Source: an uncultured Bacteroidales bacterium
Lineage (GTDB): Bacteria; Bacteroidota; Bacteroidia; Bacteroidales; UBA932
DNA: 64,000 nucleotides
Direction of reading: 5' to 3'
Assembly (NCBI GenBank): GCA_946415475.1
Contig: CAMKSQ010000004.1
Coordinates: 898-64,897, forward strand
Part shown: positions 36,132 to 44,376 of the stretch, one piece after another
How the letters are laid out: the number at the start of each line of letters is the position of its first letter
How positions within the stretch are numbered: position 1 is the first letter of the stretch
Made by a program: the position numbers and the translations under genes
Notes under the pieces: model-generated
What the model was told of the DNA's origin: nothing
Database searches by the model: none
Seen by the model: the letters and a program-made list of their open reading frames with translations, nothing else

Positions 36132-36833
36132 CTACATCACCTCCAGCTTGGGCTTGACCGGGTCAATGAGATGGTAGATATGGTCCCGTTCAACGGCAGT
36201 GACGCCCTTCACATTGGCAAAGAAGGCGATAGCCTGGAGGATGTCCCCGGGGACTTTGATGGCGATGCCGGAGATGATATGGTATTCGTAGATAATCTCC
36301 GCCCCGTACGACTTGACGGCTCTAAGGAGCGGCCCCTTCCCGACCTGCGGATCATACATGATGATGAGGTTAGTCGGAGAAACGAATTCAATATCCTCCT
36401 TCAGAATTATCTCCTCTCCGGTGGAGAGCTTGTAAATTGCCTTTTGGAAATTGGCCTTCCCGAAGTTGACGGCCGCCTCCAGCGAGTCTTCCGGGAAGAG
36501 ACGGACACTGTCGAAGTAGTAGAGGCTGTCTGACGGGTCCAGCCATCCGCCCACGAAGCCGTCGTGCGTGGTGGCATGACTTACCACGGCATCCAGCGCC
36601 TGCCTTCCGTGGCTGTCCTGCGTGGCCCAATACGCAACGCTGATTCCCTCCCTGGGTTCAGTCATCTTGCGGACATCGAGTGTGAATCCGTCCGGATGTG
36701 TCTGGCTGAGCGTCCAAACGGCATCCGCGAGGCTTTCCTTCGAGAGGCGCCTTGGCGTCCCGCAGGAGAACAGGACGCTCAGGAGCAGGAGAAGGGTAGA
36801 CGTCTTCCCGGCGATATGCAGGAAACGCATCAT
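36132..36833 (-). CDS. lipoprotein of unknown function (C-terminal inhibitor-I9/propeptide-like fold?)
   Basis: 233-aa ORF with lipobox LSVLFSCG. 4-nt overlap with the upstream rhomboid gene. Confidence 0.65.
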   Translation of the reverse strand: MMRFLHIAGKTSTLLLLLSVLFSCGTPRRLSKESLADAVWTLSQTHPDGFTLDVRKMTEPREGISVAYWATQDSHGRQALDAVVSHATTHDGFVGGWLDPSDSLYYFDSVRLFPEDSLEAAVNFGKANFQKAIYKLSTGEEIILKEDIEFVSPTNLIIMYDPQVGKGPLLRAVKSYGAEIIYEYHIISGIAIKVPGDILQAIAFFANVKGVTAVERDHIYHLIDPVKPKLEVM

Positions 36834-37441
36834 AGTCCGAGCTGCACTAGAAAGTGCTGGAAGAAGTCCGGACGGCAGACCAGCGGGAAAAGGAGTCCGT
36901 AGACCGCGCCCCAGAAGTGGGCGGTATGGCCGATATTGTCCATGTTGCGCCTTGCCATGTACCAGCAGTACAGAAGGTATAGCGGCGCAAAGATATACCC
37001 CGGGACCGGAATGGGAATCAGGAAGATGTAGATACCCATCTTGGGTTCAAAGAGGATGGAAGCAAACAGGATGGCCGATACGGCTCCGGAAGCGCCCACG
37101 GCGTTGTAGTTCCAGTCGTCCCTGTACTTCACGAGGTCCCAGATGCTCGATACGGCGATGGCGCTGACATACAGGACAACATACAGCACGATGCCTATCG
37201 TCTTGCCGAAAGCCAGGGCGAAATACTGCTCTACGACACCCCCGAAGAAATAGAGCGTGAGCATGTTGAAAAGCAGATGCCCCCAGCCGCCGTGTACAAA
37301 GCCATGGGATAGCATCCTGTGCCACTCCCTCCTGTGCCAGACGGAGTAGGCGTTGAAAAGGAGCCGGTTCCCGTTCAGCGTCCCGGTGAAGCATAGGATG
37401 CTCACAAGGCAGGTGATGGCGATGATGATGAGAGTGACCAT
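36830..37441 (-). CDS. rhomboid-family intramembrane serine protease
   Basis: WHRMLSHGFVHGGWGHLLFNM and the catalytic GASGAVSAILFA motif. ATG 37441 is preferred over TTG 37450. Confidence 0.85.
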   Translation of the reverse strand: MVTLIIIAITCLVSILCFTGTLNGNRLLFNAYSVWHRREWHRMLSHGFVHGGWGHLLFNMLTLYFFGGVVEQYFALAFGKTIGIVLYVVLYVSAIAVSSIWDLVKYRDDWNYNAVGASGAVSAILFASILFEPKMGIYIFLIPIPVPGYIFAPLYLLYCWYMARRNMDNIGHTAHFWGAVYGLLFPLVCRPDFFQHFLVQLGL

Positions 37442-37528
37442 ACGAAGCAAAAATACAACAAATACCCGAAAAAGTGGTAGAATGGAGCACCAAGCGCTTG
37501 GTGTTGGTCGGAGCGGGAAAAATAGGGC

Positions 37529-37888
37529 TTAGAATGGGATAACTTTCCGGCCGATGCGCAGGTTCAAGCAGGCACAGACGACTTCCACTACGCCCAGGAC
37601 GAAGAAAATATTACTGAGGGCGACAAAACCCCATATCCACCATTCCAATGCAATCCAAAGCATAAGAATGATGCCGCAGGCAAGACAGGTCCAGTAGGCC
37701 AGTCGATGGTTCTTAAAGAGCATGAGGGCGGCCAATATCTGCGGAAGGCCATTTACAGCAAGCAGTGCAAAGCCCGAAGGAATGAAGTCCTTGAAAAAGA
37801 CATCGGGCCAGGGCATTTTGGCCCGGAGCAGGTCCAGCATCGGTTCTCCTCCCCAGCTCATTCCGCTGGGATCCATCCACATCATCAC
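37529..37888 (-). CDS. small multi-TM membrane protein, unknown function (5' end possibly frameshifted)
   Basis: 119-aa ORF with 3 hydrophobic helices. The frame remains TM-like upstream (GIGPAGAIGGAV) but has no ATG there. A 21-codon ORF in another frame begins at ATG 37950. Confidence 0.55.
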   Translation of the reverse strand: MMMWMDPSGMSWGGEPMLDLLRAKMPWPDVFFKDFIPSGFALLAVNGLPQILAALMLFKNHRLAYWTCLACGIILMLWIALEWWIWGFVALSNIFFVLGVVEVVCACLNLRIGRKVIPF

Positions 37889-38070
37889 AGCGCCGCCGAT
37901 GGCTCCGGCTGGCCCGATGCCATGTACTTTCTGAATTCCTGTATTGTCATAGCTCTTTTTTCAGTGTGCTATTGTGTCTTTAGAAGAAGGGCATCCAGCG
38001 CGTCCGATACCGGATGTCGCTCCTATGATGATGGCAGTTTGCATGCTCAAATATACGGTTTTTCTGTGAA

Positions 38071-38120
38071 ATGACATGAACCCCAAAAGTTGGACAAAAA
38101 ACTTTTGGGGTTCATGTCAT
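38071..38120. repeat. perfect 21-bp inverted repeat (hairpin)
   Basis: ATGACATGAACCCCAAAAGTT 38071-38091 and AACTTTTGGGGTTCATGTCAT 38100-38120 with an 8-nt loop. It lies 36 nt downstream of the stop of the 38156-39262 gene. Confidence 0.8.
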
Positions 38121-38155
38121 GAAGAGATGGCGGCAAGTTGTTGAGAGGGTGTCTA

Positions 38156-39262
38156 CTAGCAATACTCACCCCATTCGCAGCCCACATTCTCGGCATGGAT
38201 GCGGTCGATAAGGTTCCCCTTGATGTCGAAAAGCTGCACAGTACCCCTGCCATTGCCGCCGTTCCAGAGGCGGTTGTGGCGCTTGACCCCATCCGGGGCC
38301 TCGTAATTGACAAGGAGCATGTCCTTTTTCTCGCAGGTGATGTCGGTCACCATCCTGCCGGAAAGGGAGCGCTGTTCCACGTGCCAGATAATCTGCGAGT
38401 CGGTCTCCTTGCAGTCGAACTCCGTATGGACCCCCGTCCAGGCCTTCGAGAAGTTAAACTCATAGGGTTTTCCCTCATACCAGAAGGCGGAAAGGAGCTT
38501 ACGGGGAAGGGCAAGGTGGCCAACCTTGGGTCGCCCTCCGCCGATATCGAATACACTGTCCGTCAGCTTCCTCCCGGTGATTTCGCTGGTGAGGTTGTTG
38601 GAAGAGAGCCACACCCAGGGGCTGGTGAAGTCCTTGCCCCAGTTCTTGTCGGCGTAGCCGTAGCAGTCCTCCGGGCGGACCAGGTAGCGACGGCCGTTCC
38701 AGATGACTTCTCCCTCGAAGGTGCTCTTCATACCCTCCGCATGCCAGAACATCTCGAAGGCTTCAGCCTTGCGGAAGACATCATCAGCACCGAAACCGAC
38801 ATTGAAGGCCGTTATCTTGTTGATCTTGAGGTCCCACGACATCTCCCCATCCTGGCACATCCACTCAGGATGTGCTGCGGCATCCTCTACTTTCACATGG
38901 CCGTGGGTGCGGTCTTCTGTGAGGAAGCACTCATCGGCCTCGATGGAAAAGGGGACACCCCAATCCACCTGGATCTTCTTCCAGCCGAAGAAACGGTGAA
39001 GCTGTGCGGCATCCTCTCCCCAGGCACCGGCCTTGACCATCAGGTAGGACGGCTTCCGGGGTTCCCCGGGGACCTGGCCGAAGACAGGTTCATCCCCGCC
39101 GAGGGCGGGATTACAGAGGAAGAACTCGATGAAGAAAGGTTTGGCGGCGCCGGTCTCGGCGTCGTGGCCGGTGAAAGAGTGCCACCACCAGTCATAGCCT
39201 TTCCGGGCCTGGGCCCCGAAGAGCTGGCAGGCATCGCGGGCAATATCGTGCTTATTGAACAT
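38156..39262 (-). CDS. tocopherol-cyclase-like family protein
   Basis: YADKNWGKDFTSPWVWLSSNNL resembles the EKNWG..FP..W.W core of tocopherol-cyclase-family proteins. ATG 39262 is preferred over TTG 39268. Confidence 0.65.
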   Translation of the reverse strand: MFNKHDIARDACQLFGAQARKGYDWWWHSFTGHDAETGAAKPFFIEFFLCNPALGGDEPVFGQVPGEPRKPSYLMVKAGAWGEDAAQLHRFFGWKKIQVDWGVPFSIEADECFLTEDRTHGHVKVEDAAAHPEWMCQDGEMSWDLKINKITAFNVGFGADDVFRKAEAFEMFWHAEGMKSTFEGEVIWNGRRYLVRPEDCYGYADKNWGKDFTSPWVWLSSNNLTSEITGRKLTDSVFDIGGGRPKVGHLALPRKLLSAFWYEGKPYEFNFSKAWTGVHTEFDCKETDSQIIWHVEQRSLSGRMVTDITCEKKDMLLVNYEAPDGVKRHNRLWNGGNGRGTVQLFDIKGNLIDRIHAENVGCEWGEYC

Positions 39263-39337
39263 TTTCAAAAGTATCTTTTCTGAACTGACCTGTTATCAGC
39301 AAAAGTCAGTCCATGCCTTCCCTTATGACATTTTGGC

Positions 39338-39376
39338 GCAACAAAGAAGGGACGCTGCCCATCCAGGAAGCGTCCC
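39338..39376 (-). terminator. intrinsic terminator of hsp20
   Basis: Sense GGGACGCT-13 nt-AGCGTCCC followed by TTCTTTGTTG. Confidence 0.6.
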
Positions 39377-39404
39377 TAACAGTTTATGACTGTAGAGCCA
39401 GCGA

Positions 39405-39836
39405 TTACTGGATCTCAATCTGCTTGACGGCCTTCTGCACATCCACCTTTTCCTTCTTGGGGATGTGGACATTCAGCACGCCGTGCTCCACCTTGGCCTC
39501 GATCTTCTCGGCTTCGGCATCCTCGGGAAGGGTGAGCATCTGCTGGAACTTCTCATAGGAGAATTCGCGGCGGAGGTAACGGCCGTTATGCTTCTTCTCG
39601 TGGTTCTCGGCCTTCTTCTCCATGTTGATTACAAGGTTGTTATCCTCGTCCACATGGACCTGGAAGTCCTCTTTGGTGAGACCCGGAGCGGCAAGCTCCA
39701 CGTCATATTCCTTTTCGTTCTCAAGTACATTGATGGCCGGAGCGGTGTAGTTCGTTCTTTCCATCCAGCTGTTGTCGAAGAAGTCGTTGAAGATGTCAGG
39801 CAACCAGCTTTGATTCCTTCTAATCGTAGGTAACAT
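39405..39836 (-). CDS. Hsp20/alpha-crystallin small heat-shock protein
   Basis: 143-aa ORF with PAINVLENEKEYDVELAAPGLTKEDFQV...GVLNVHIPKKE, an alpha-crystallin domain. Confidence 0.92.
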   Translation of the reverse strand: MLPTIRRNQSWLPDIFNDFFDNSWMERTNYTAPAINVLENEKEYDVELAAPGLTKEDFQVHVDEDNNLVINMEKKAENHEKKHNGRYLRREFSYEKFQQMLTLPEDAEAEKIEAKVEHGVLNVHIPKKEKVDVQKAVKQIEIQ

Positions 39837-39940
39837 AACAAAATCACTTTAAACGTTCTTCGGTTTCGGGTCCTTACGTGGCCTTCCGTCCGGTTTCCTT
39901 AACGGAACGCCTAAGGATATTGCAAAGCCGGAGCCAGTGC

Positions 39941-40021
39941 GTCAGAAATGGACTTTTTGGCAAGACTTGGGTGACAGAAAGTCCATTTTGTGGACAAAAT
40001 GTCCAGTTTATTGACAGAAAG
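39941..40021 (-). promoter_or_regulatory. cluster of TGGAC/GTCCA dyads and TTTCTGTCA direct repeats upstream of hsp20
   Basis: AAATGGACTTT 39946-39956 pairs with AAAGTCCATTT 39978-39988. GTCCA-N5-TGGAC-N5-GTCCA spans 39981-40005. TGACAGAAAG occurs at 39972-39981 and 40012-40021. Confidence 0.35.
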
Positions 40022-40053
40022 AGGAACCACCCAATCATATACATCTGGATTTG

Positions 40054-40629
40054 TTACCGAACAGTGTATACCATTCGCTGGAAGTCGATTCCCAGGACCT
40101 TGCGGCGCTCCTCGGGAACGAAGCCATAAGAGGAATAAAGACGGATGAGGTGGGGCATTGTGACATCGGCAACAAGGCCCATCTGCTTGTATCCCAGGCC
40201 GATGCCTTTGCGGATGCCGTCCTCTATGAGCGTGTGGCCGATGCCCTGGTGCCGGAACGCGGGCGAAACGGCCAGTGAGTCCAGATAAAACTCGCCGGGG
40301 CCGGTCTCCTGCTCGGATTCGGCATCCAGCCTCAGAAGGTCCGGCCACAGTTCCTCGAAGGTCTTGTGCCGGAGGCCGCGGTACAGCTCTCCCGGGTAGG
40401 AGAGGAGGGACCCGGCCGGCACTCCACCTACTTCTGCCATCCGGGCAAACTTATAGGTATACAGCAGGTCATCGCGCTTAATGCATTCAATAAGAAGCCG
40501 ATATACCTCCTTGTCTTTGGGCCCTTCCGGCTCGAAGTCATAGAGATGGAAGCCTGCCAGGATACACTGTGCCAGGAAAGGAGCGTCGGAGGGCAGGGCA
40601 TCGCGAATGATAGCGTGTTGGTCGGTCAT
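40054..40629 (-). CDS. GNAT-family N-acetyltransferase
   Basis: The acetyl-CoA motif region LDSLAVSPAFRHQGIGHTLIEDGIRKG is present. ATG 40629 lies 20 nt after the channel gene stop. Confidence 0.85.
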   Translation of the reverse strand: MTDQHAIIRDALPSDAPFLAQCILAGFHLYDFEPEGPKDKEVYRLLIECIKRDDLLYTYKFARMAEVGGVPAGSLLSYPGELYRGLRHKTFEELWPDLLRLDAESEQETGPGEFYLDSLAVSPAFRHQGIGHTLIEDGIRKGIGLGYKQMGLVADVTMPHLIRLYSSYGFVPEERRKVLGIDFQRMVYTVR

Positions 40630-40649
40630 GGTTTCACTTTTATTATGCC

Positions 40650-41420
40650 TCAATTCTTCTTCATCTCCTCCAGCTTCTTCTCCAGGTCTTCCAGCTTTTG
40701 CAGAATCTTGGCGTTGTCATCGTCCTCCATGGCATCGACAAAAATGGAGTTCACCAGCGAGACACCCAGGATGCCGCCAAAGAAGAAGACGATGGCAAAA
40801 GCGGCGCGGGAGAGATGACCAACCAGCTCCGAGCTGTTCTCGGCGATTCTCACAGGCACGGCACCCCAGTCATCGCCCGAGAAGTAGCGGAAAATGGTGT
40901 AGAGCGATACGCCCGGATTCCCGAACAGGTCCGGAACAACCTTACTATATAAGGTAGAAGCCAGAATGGACGTGACAAACACGATGACCACGAAGGCAAT
41001 AATGACGATAAGGGAAGCCTTGGCAGCCACCTTCATGCCCTTGAGCAGGCCGTTCACGTTGGGAATGAACTTGAACAGACGGAAGGACTTGAAGATGCGC
41101 AGCGTCCGCAGGGACAGCAGAATGTTGGTGGCCAGGTCGTACTCGATGAAACTGTTCATCAGGGACGGAATCGCCACGACCGTCAGGATAAAATCGAAGC
41201 GGTTCCAGCCGTCCTTCCAATAACGCTTCCATCCGTAAGTATGGATTTTGACGATAGCTTCTATGACGAACAGAATCGTGAAGAAGGCATCGCTCCAGTT
41301 GAAGAAGACGGAAGTTTCGAAGAATCCTCCCACAAAGATGGCGAGCGTGTTCACCAGGACCAGGATGAGCATGATCCGGTCGTTTGTGAAGAAGGATTGG
41401 ATGGCGTTCTGCTTTCCCAT
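40650..41420 (-). CDS. single-domain voltage-gated cation channel (BacNav/NaChBac family)
   Basis: Six TM segments. The S4 segment LRTLRIFKSFRLFKF has R/K every third residue. The pore SLYTIFRYFSGDDWGAV aligns with NavAb SLYTLFQVMTLESWSMG. There is a C-terminal coiled coil (ILQKLEDLEKKLEEMKK). Start at ATG 41420. Confidence 0.85.
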   Translation of the reverse strand: MGKQNAIQSFFTNDRIMLILVLVNTLAIFVGGFFETSVFFNWSDAFFTILFVIEAIVKIHTYGWKRYWKDGWNRFDFILTVVAIPSLMNSFIEYDLATNILLSLRTLRIFKSFRLFKFIPNVNGLLKGMKVAAKASLIVIIAFVVIVFVTSILASTLYSKVVPDLFGNPGVSLYTIFRYFSGDDWGAVPVRIAENSSELVGHLSRAAFAIVFFFGGILGVSLVNSIFVDAMEDDDNAKILQKLEDLEKKLEEMKKN

Positions 41421-41529
41421 GTGAAATACCCTATAATTAATCGTACGAAGATACGAAAAATTTGGTGGTACCAAAATAAATCCGTACATTTGCAGGCTAA
41501 AATTTTTAAAACTTTAAACTCATTGCATC

Positions 41530-41805
41530 ATGGCAGAATATTTACAGCCTGAGAAAAAGCAAGAGATTTTCGCGAAGTACGGGAAGTCCAATAAGGACAC
41601 CGGCTCTCCTGAGAGTCAGGTTGCTTTATTTTCCTACCGTATCGCTCACCTTACAGAGCATGTGAAGAAGAACAAGAAAGACGTGGTAACGCGCCGCAGC
41701 CTTCTCCGCCTGGTCGGTAAGCGTCGTCAGCTGCTGGACTACCTCCAGAGAATCGACATCGAGAGATACAGGGCTATCGTTAAGGAGCTGGGTCTCCGCC
41801 GATAA
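41530..41805 (+). CDS. rpsO: 30S ribosomal protein S15
   Basis: 91-aa ORF with [27 protein letters not shown]...RRQLLDYL. Confidence 0.95.
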   Translation: MAEYLQPEKKQEIFAKYGKSNKDTGSPESQVALFSYRIAHLTEHVKKNKKDVVTRRSLLRLVGKRRQLLDYLQRIDIERYRAIVKELGLRR

Positions 41806-41825
41806 GCAAAAGGATAGGAAAAAAC

Positions 41826-41867
41826 GGGGGCAGAGTAATATGCAAGGCATATTCTCTCCCCCTTTTT
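41826..41867 (+). terminator. rpsO terminator/attenuator hairpin
   Basis: GGGGG(c)AGAG(t)AATATGC-aag-GCATATT-CTCT-CCCCC followed by TTTTT. Confidence 0.75.
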
Positions 41868-41924
41868 AGTGAAAAAGACAGCGGAGCGGAATTTGGTTTT
41901 TCGCGCACCGTCGCAAAAAATAAA

Positions 41925-41982
41925 TTTCGTCCGCTTGCATACAGACGAAATATTGACGAAACAAAGACGAAAAAAGACGTAA
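41925..41982 (+). promoter_or_regulatory. helically phased GACGAAA repeats in the pnp leader
   Basis: GACGAAA at 41944, 41955 and 41966 and GACGTAA at 41976 (spacing 11/11/10 nt), plus an inverted copy at 41925-41931. The last copy ends 4 nt before the pnp ATG. Confidence 0.4.
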
Positions 41983-41986
41983 TTAG

Positions 41987-44317
41987 ATGAACATTATCAA
42001 AAAGACCATCACGTTACCCGACGGTCGGGTAATCGAGATCGAAACCGGAAAACTCGCCAAACAGGCTGCCGGTTCTGCCGTTGTGAAAATGGGTGGCACC
42101 ATGCTGCTCGCCACCGTCACCTGCGCCACGGAGGTGAAAGAGGGTACCGACTTCATGCCCCTCACCGTGGATTATCGTGAAAAATATTATGCCGCCGGCC
42201 GTTTCCCCGGAGGTTTCCTCAAGCGCGAAAGCCGCCCCTCCGACTATGAGGTGCTCATCGCCCGTCTTGTGGACCGCCCCATCCGCCCGCTGTGGCCGGA
42301 CGACTTCCACCTGGAGGTCTTTGTGAATGTAATGCTCATCTCGGCCGAGAAAGACATCCAGCCGGATGCCCTTGCCGGTCTGGCCGCATCGGCCGCCCTT
42401 GCCACCAGCGACCTGCCCTTCGGCGGTCCCGTGAGCGAGGTTCGCGTAGCCCGCATCGACGGTAAATTCGTCATCAACCCCGGTTTCGAGGACAACAAAC
42501 GGGCCGACCTGGACCTGATGGTTGCCGCCACCGAGGAAAATATCATGATGGTAGAAGGTGAGATGAACGAGGTTTCCGAGCACGATATGCTGGAAGCCAT
42601 CAAGTTCGCCCACGAAGAAATCAAGAAGCACTGCCGCGTGCAGAAAGAACTCATGCACGAGCTGGGTACCGACGTGAACAAGCGCGACTACCCGCACGAC
42701 GAGGAAGACGAAGACCTCAAGAAGGCCGTGCGCGAGGCTTGCTACAGCAAGTGCTATGAACTGGCCAAGAGCGCCAAGCCCAAGCACGAGCGCGAGGACG
42801 GCTTCAACGCCATCCGTGACGAATTCAAAGCCGGCTTCTCCGAGGAAGACCTGGAGGTGAAGGGTGCCATGATCGACCGCTACTACCACGACGTAGAGAA
42901 GGAAGCCATGCGCAACCTGGTGCTGGACGAAGGCAAACGCCTGGACGGCCGCGCCACCAACGAAGTCCGTCCCATCTGGTGCGAGACCGACTACCTCCCT
43001 TGCGCTCACGGCAGCGCCATCTTCACCCGTGGTGAAACCCAGTCCCTGGCCACCGTCACCCTCGGTACCAAGATGGACATGAAGGAGATGGACGAAGTCC
43101 TCATCCAGGACGATCAGCAGTTCGTGCTCCACTACAACTTCCCGCCGTTCGCCACTGGCGAGGCCAAGCCGCAGCGTAGCACCGGCCGTCGTGAGATCGG
43201 TCACGGCAACCTGGCCATGCGTGCCCTCAAGCCCGTCATCCCTACGGCTCCCGAATTCCCTTACGCCGTGCGCGTAGTTTCCGATATCCTGGAATCCAAC
43301 GGTTCCTCTTCCATGGCCTCCGTGTGCGGTGGCTGCCTGGCCCTGATGGATGCCGGTGTCAAGATCAAGAAGCCGGTGGCCGGCGTGGCCATGGGTCTGA
43401 TCACCGACGCCGTCCGTCCTAACGACCGCTACGCTATCCTCACCGATATCCTCGGTGATGAGGACCACCTTGGCGACATGGACTTCAAGGTAACCGGTAC
43501 CAAGGACGGTATCACCGCCACCCAGATGGATATCAAGGTGGACGGCCTGTCCTACGAGGTGCTGGAGAAAGCCCTGGAGCAGGCCCGTCAGGGACGTATG
43601 CACATCATGGGCGAAATGCTCAAGACCATCGCCGAGCCGCGTGAGGACTTCAAGCCCTTCGTACCTCGCATGGTCCAGATCGAGGTGGCTTCCGAGTTCA
43701 TCGGCGCCATCATCGGCAAGGGTGGTGAAACCATCCAGGGCATGCAGAAGGAATTCGGTACCACCATCACCATCGACGAGGTGGACAACGGCGACGGCAC
43801 CACCAAGGGTGTGGTCGATATCTTCGGTACCGACAAGGCTGCCATGGATGCCACGCTGGAGCGTATCAAAGGCATCTGCGCTGTGCCCGAGGTCGGTAAG
43901 GTTTACCACGGCAAGGTGGTGAGCATCCTGGAATTCGGTGCTTTCATCGAGATCCTGCCCGGTAAGGAAGGCCTGCTGCACGTCTCCGAGATTGCATGGA
44001 CCAAGACCGACAAGGTGGAGGATGTGCTCAAGGTGGGCGACGAGGTCGATGTCAAGCTCCTGGAGATTGACGCCAAGACCGGCAAGATGCGCCTTTCCAT
44101 GCGCGCCCTCACCGAGAAGCCGGAAGGCTATGTGGAGCCCAAGCGTGCTCCCCGTGGAGACCGCGGAGACCGTGGCCCGCGTCGCGAAGGCGACCGCAAA
44201 GGTGGCAACGACCGCCGTGGAGACCGTGGCCCGCGTCACGAGGATCGTCACGACAAACCCCGCAAGCCCCGCTTCGAGGAAGACGAGCCCAAACAGAATG
44301 AACCTGACGTGTTCTAA
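41987..44317 (+). CDS. pnp: polyribonucleotide nucleotidyltransferase (PNPase) with Arg/Gly/Asp-rich C-terminal tail
   Basis: 776-aa ORF with two RNase PH domains, KH and S1 domains. The extra tail reads [44 protein letters not shown]. Confidence 0.96.
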   Translation: MNIIKKTITLPDGRVIEIETGKLAKQAAGSAVVKMGGTMLLATVTCATEVKEGTDFMPLTVDYREKYYAAGRFPGGFLKRESRPSDYEVLIARLVDRPIRPLWPDDFHLEVFVNVMLISAEKDIQPDALAGLAASAALATSDLPFGGPVSEVRVARIDGKFVINPGFEDNKRADLDLMVAATEENIMMVEGEMNEVSEHDMLEAIKFAHEEIKKHCRVQKELMHELGTDVNKRDYPHDEEDEDLKKAVREACYSKCYELAKSAKPKHEREDGFNAIRDEFKAGFSEEDLEVKGAMIDRYYHDVEKEAMRNLVLDEGKRLDGRATNEVRPIWCETDYLPCAHGSAIFTRGETQSLATVTLGTKMDMKEMDEVLIQDDQQFVLHYNFPPFATGEAKPQRSTGRREIGHGNLAMRALKPVIPTAPEFPYAVRVVSDILESNGSSSMASVCGGCLALMDAGVKIKKPVAGVAMGLITDAVRPNDRYAILTDILGDEDHLGDMDFKVTGTKDGITATQMDIKVDGLSYEVLEKALEQARQGRMHIMGEMLKTIAEPREDFKPFVPRMVQIEVASEFIGAIIGKGGETIQGMQKEFGTTITIDEVDNGDGTTKGVVDIFGTDKAAMDATLERIKGICAVPEVGKVYHGKVVSILEFGAFIEILPGKEGLLHVSEIAWTKTDKVEDVLKVGDEVDVKLLEIDAKTGKMRLSMRALTEKPEGYVEPKRAPRGDRGDRGPRREGDRKGGNDRRGDRGPRHEDRHDKPRKPRFEEDEPKQNEPDVF

Positions 44318-44333
44318 AAACTGAAACTCCTGA

Positions 44334-44363
44334 GAGCCGGTCTTTGAGACCGGTTCTTTTTTT
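44334..44363 (+). terminator. pnp intrinsic terminator
   Basis: GAGCCGGTC-tttga-GACCGGTTC (one G-U pair) followed by TTTTTTT. Confidence 0.8.
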
Positions 44364-44373
44364 ATTATCTTTG
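44343..44373 (+). promoter_or_regulatory. tmk promoter (leaderless geometry)
   Basis: TTTG 44343-44346 (inside the terminator loop), a 19-nt gap, then TATCTTTG 44366-44373, 3 nt before ATG 44377. Confidence 0.6.
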
Positions 44374-44376
44374 TAC

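Noticed and set aside
42014-44251. 745-aa ORF antisense to pnp. The same applies to 46325-48988 (antisense to infB), 54337-56046 (antisense to gpmI), 62756-63970 (antisense to dnaK and the barrel gene), 5242-6546, 8704-10131, 844-1800 and many shorter ones.
   Set aside because: All lie opposite genes with unmistakable conserved products. Their translations are G/A/V/H/R/L-rich with no motifs, which is typical of stop-poor antisense frames in GC-rich DNA.
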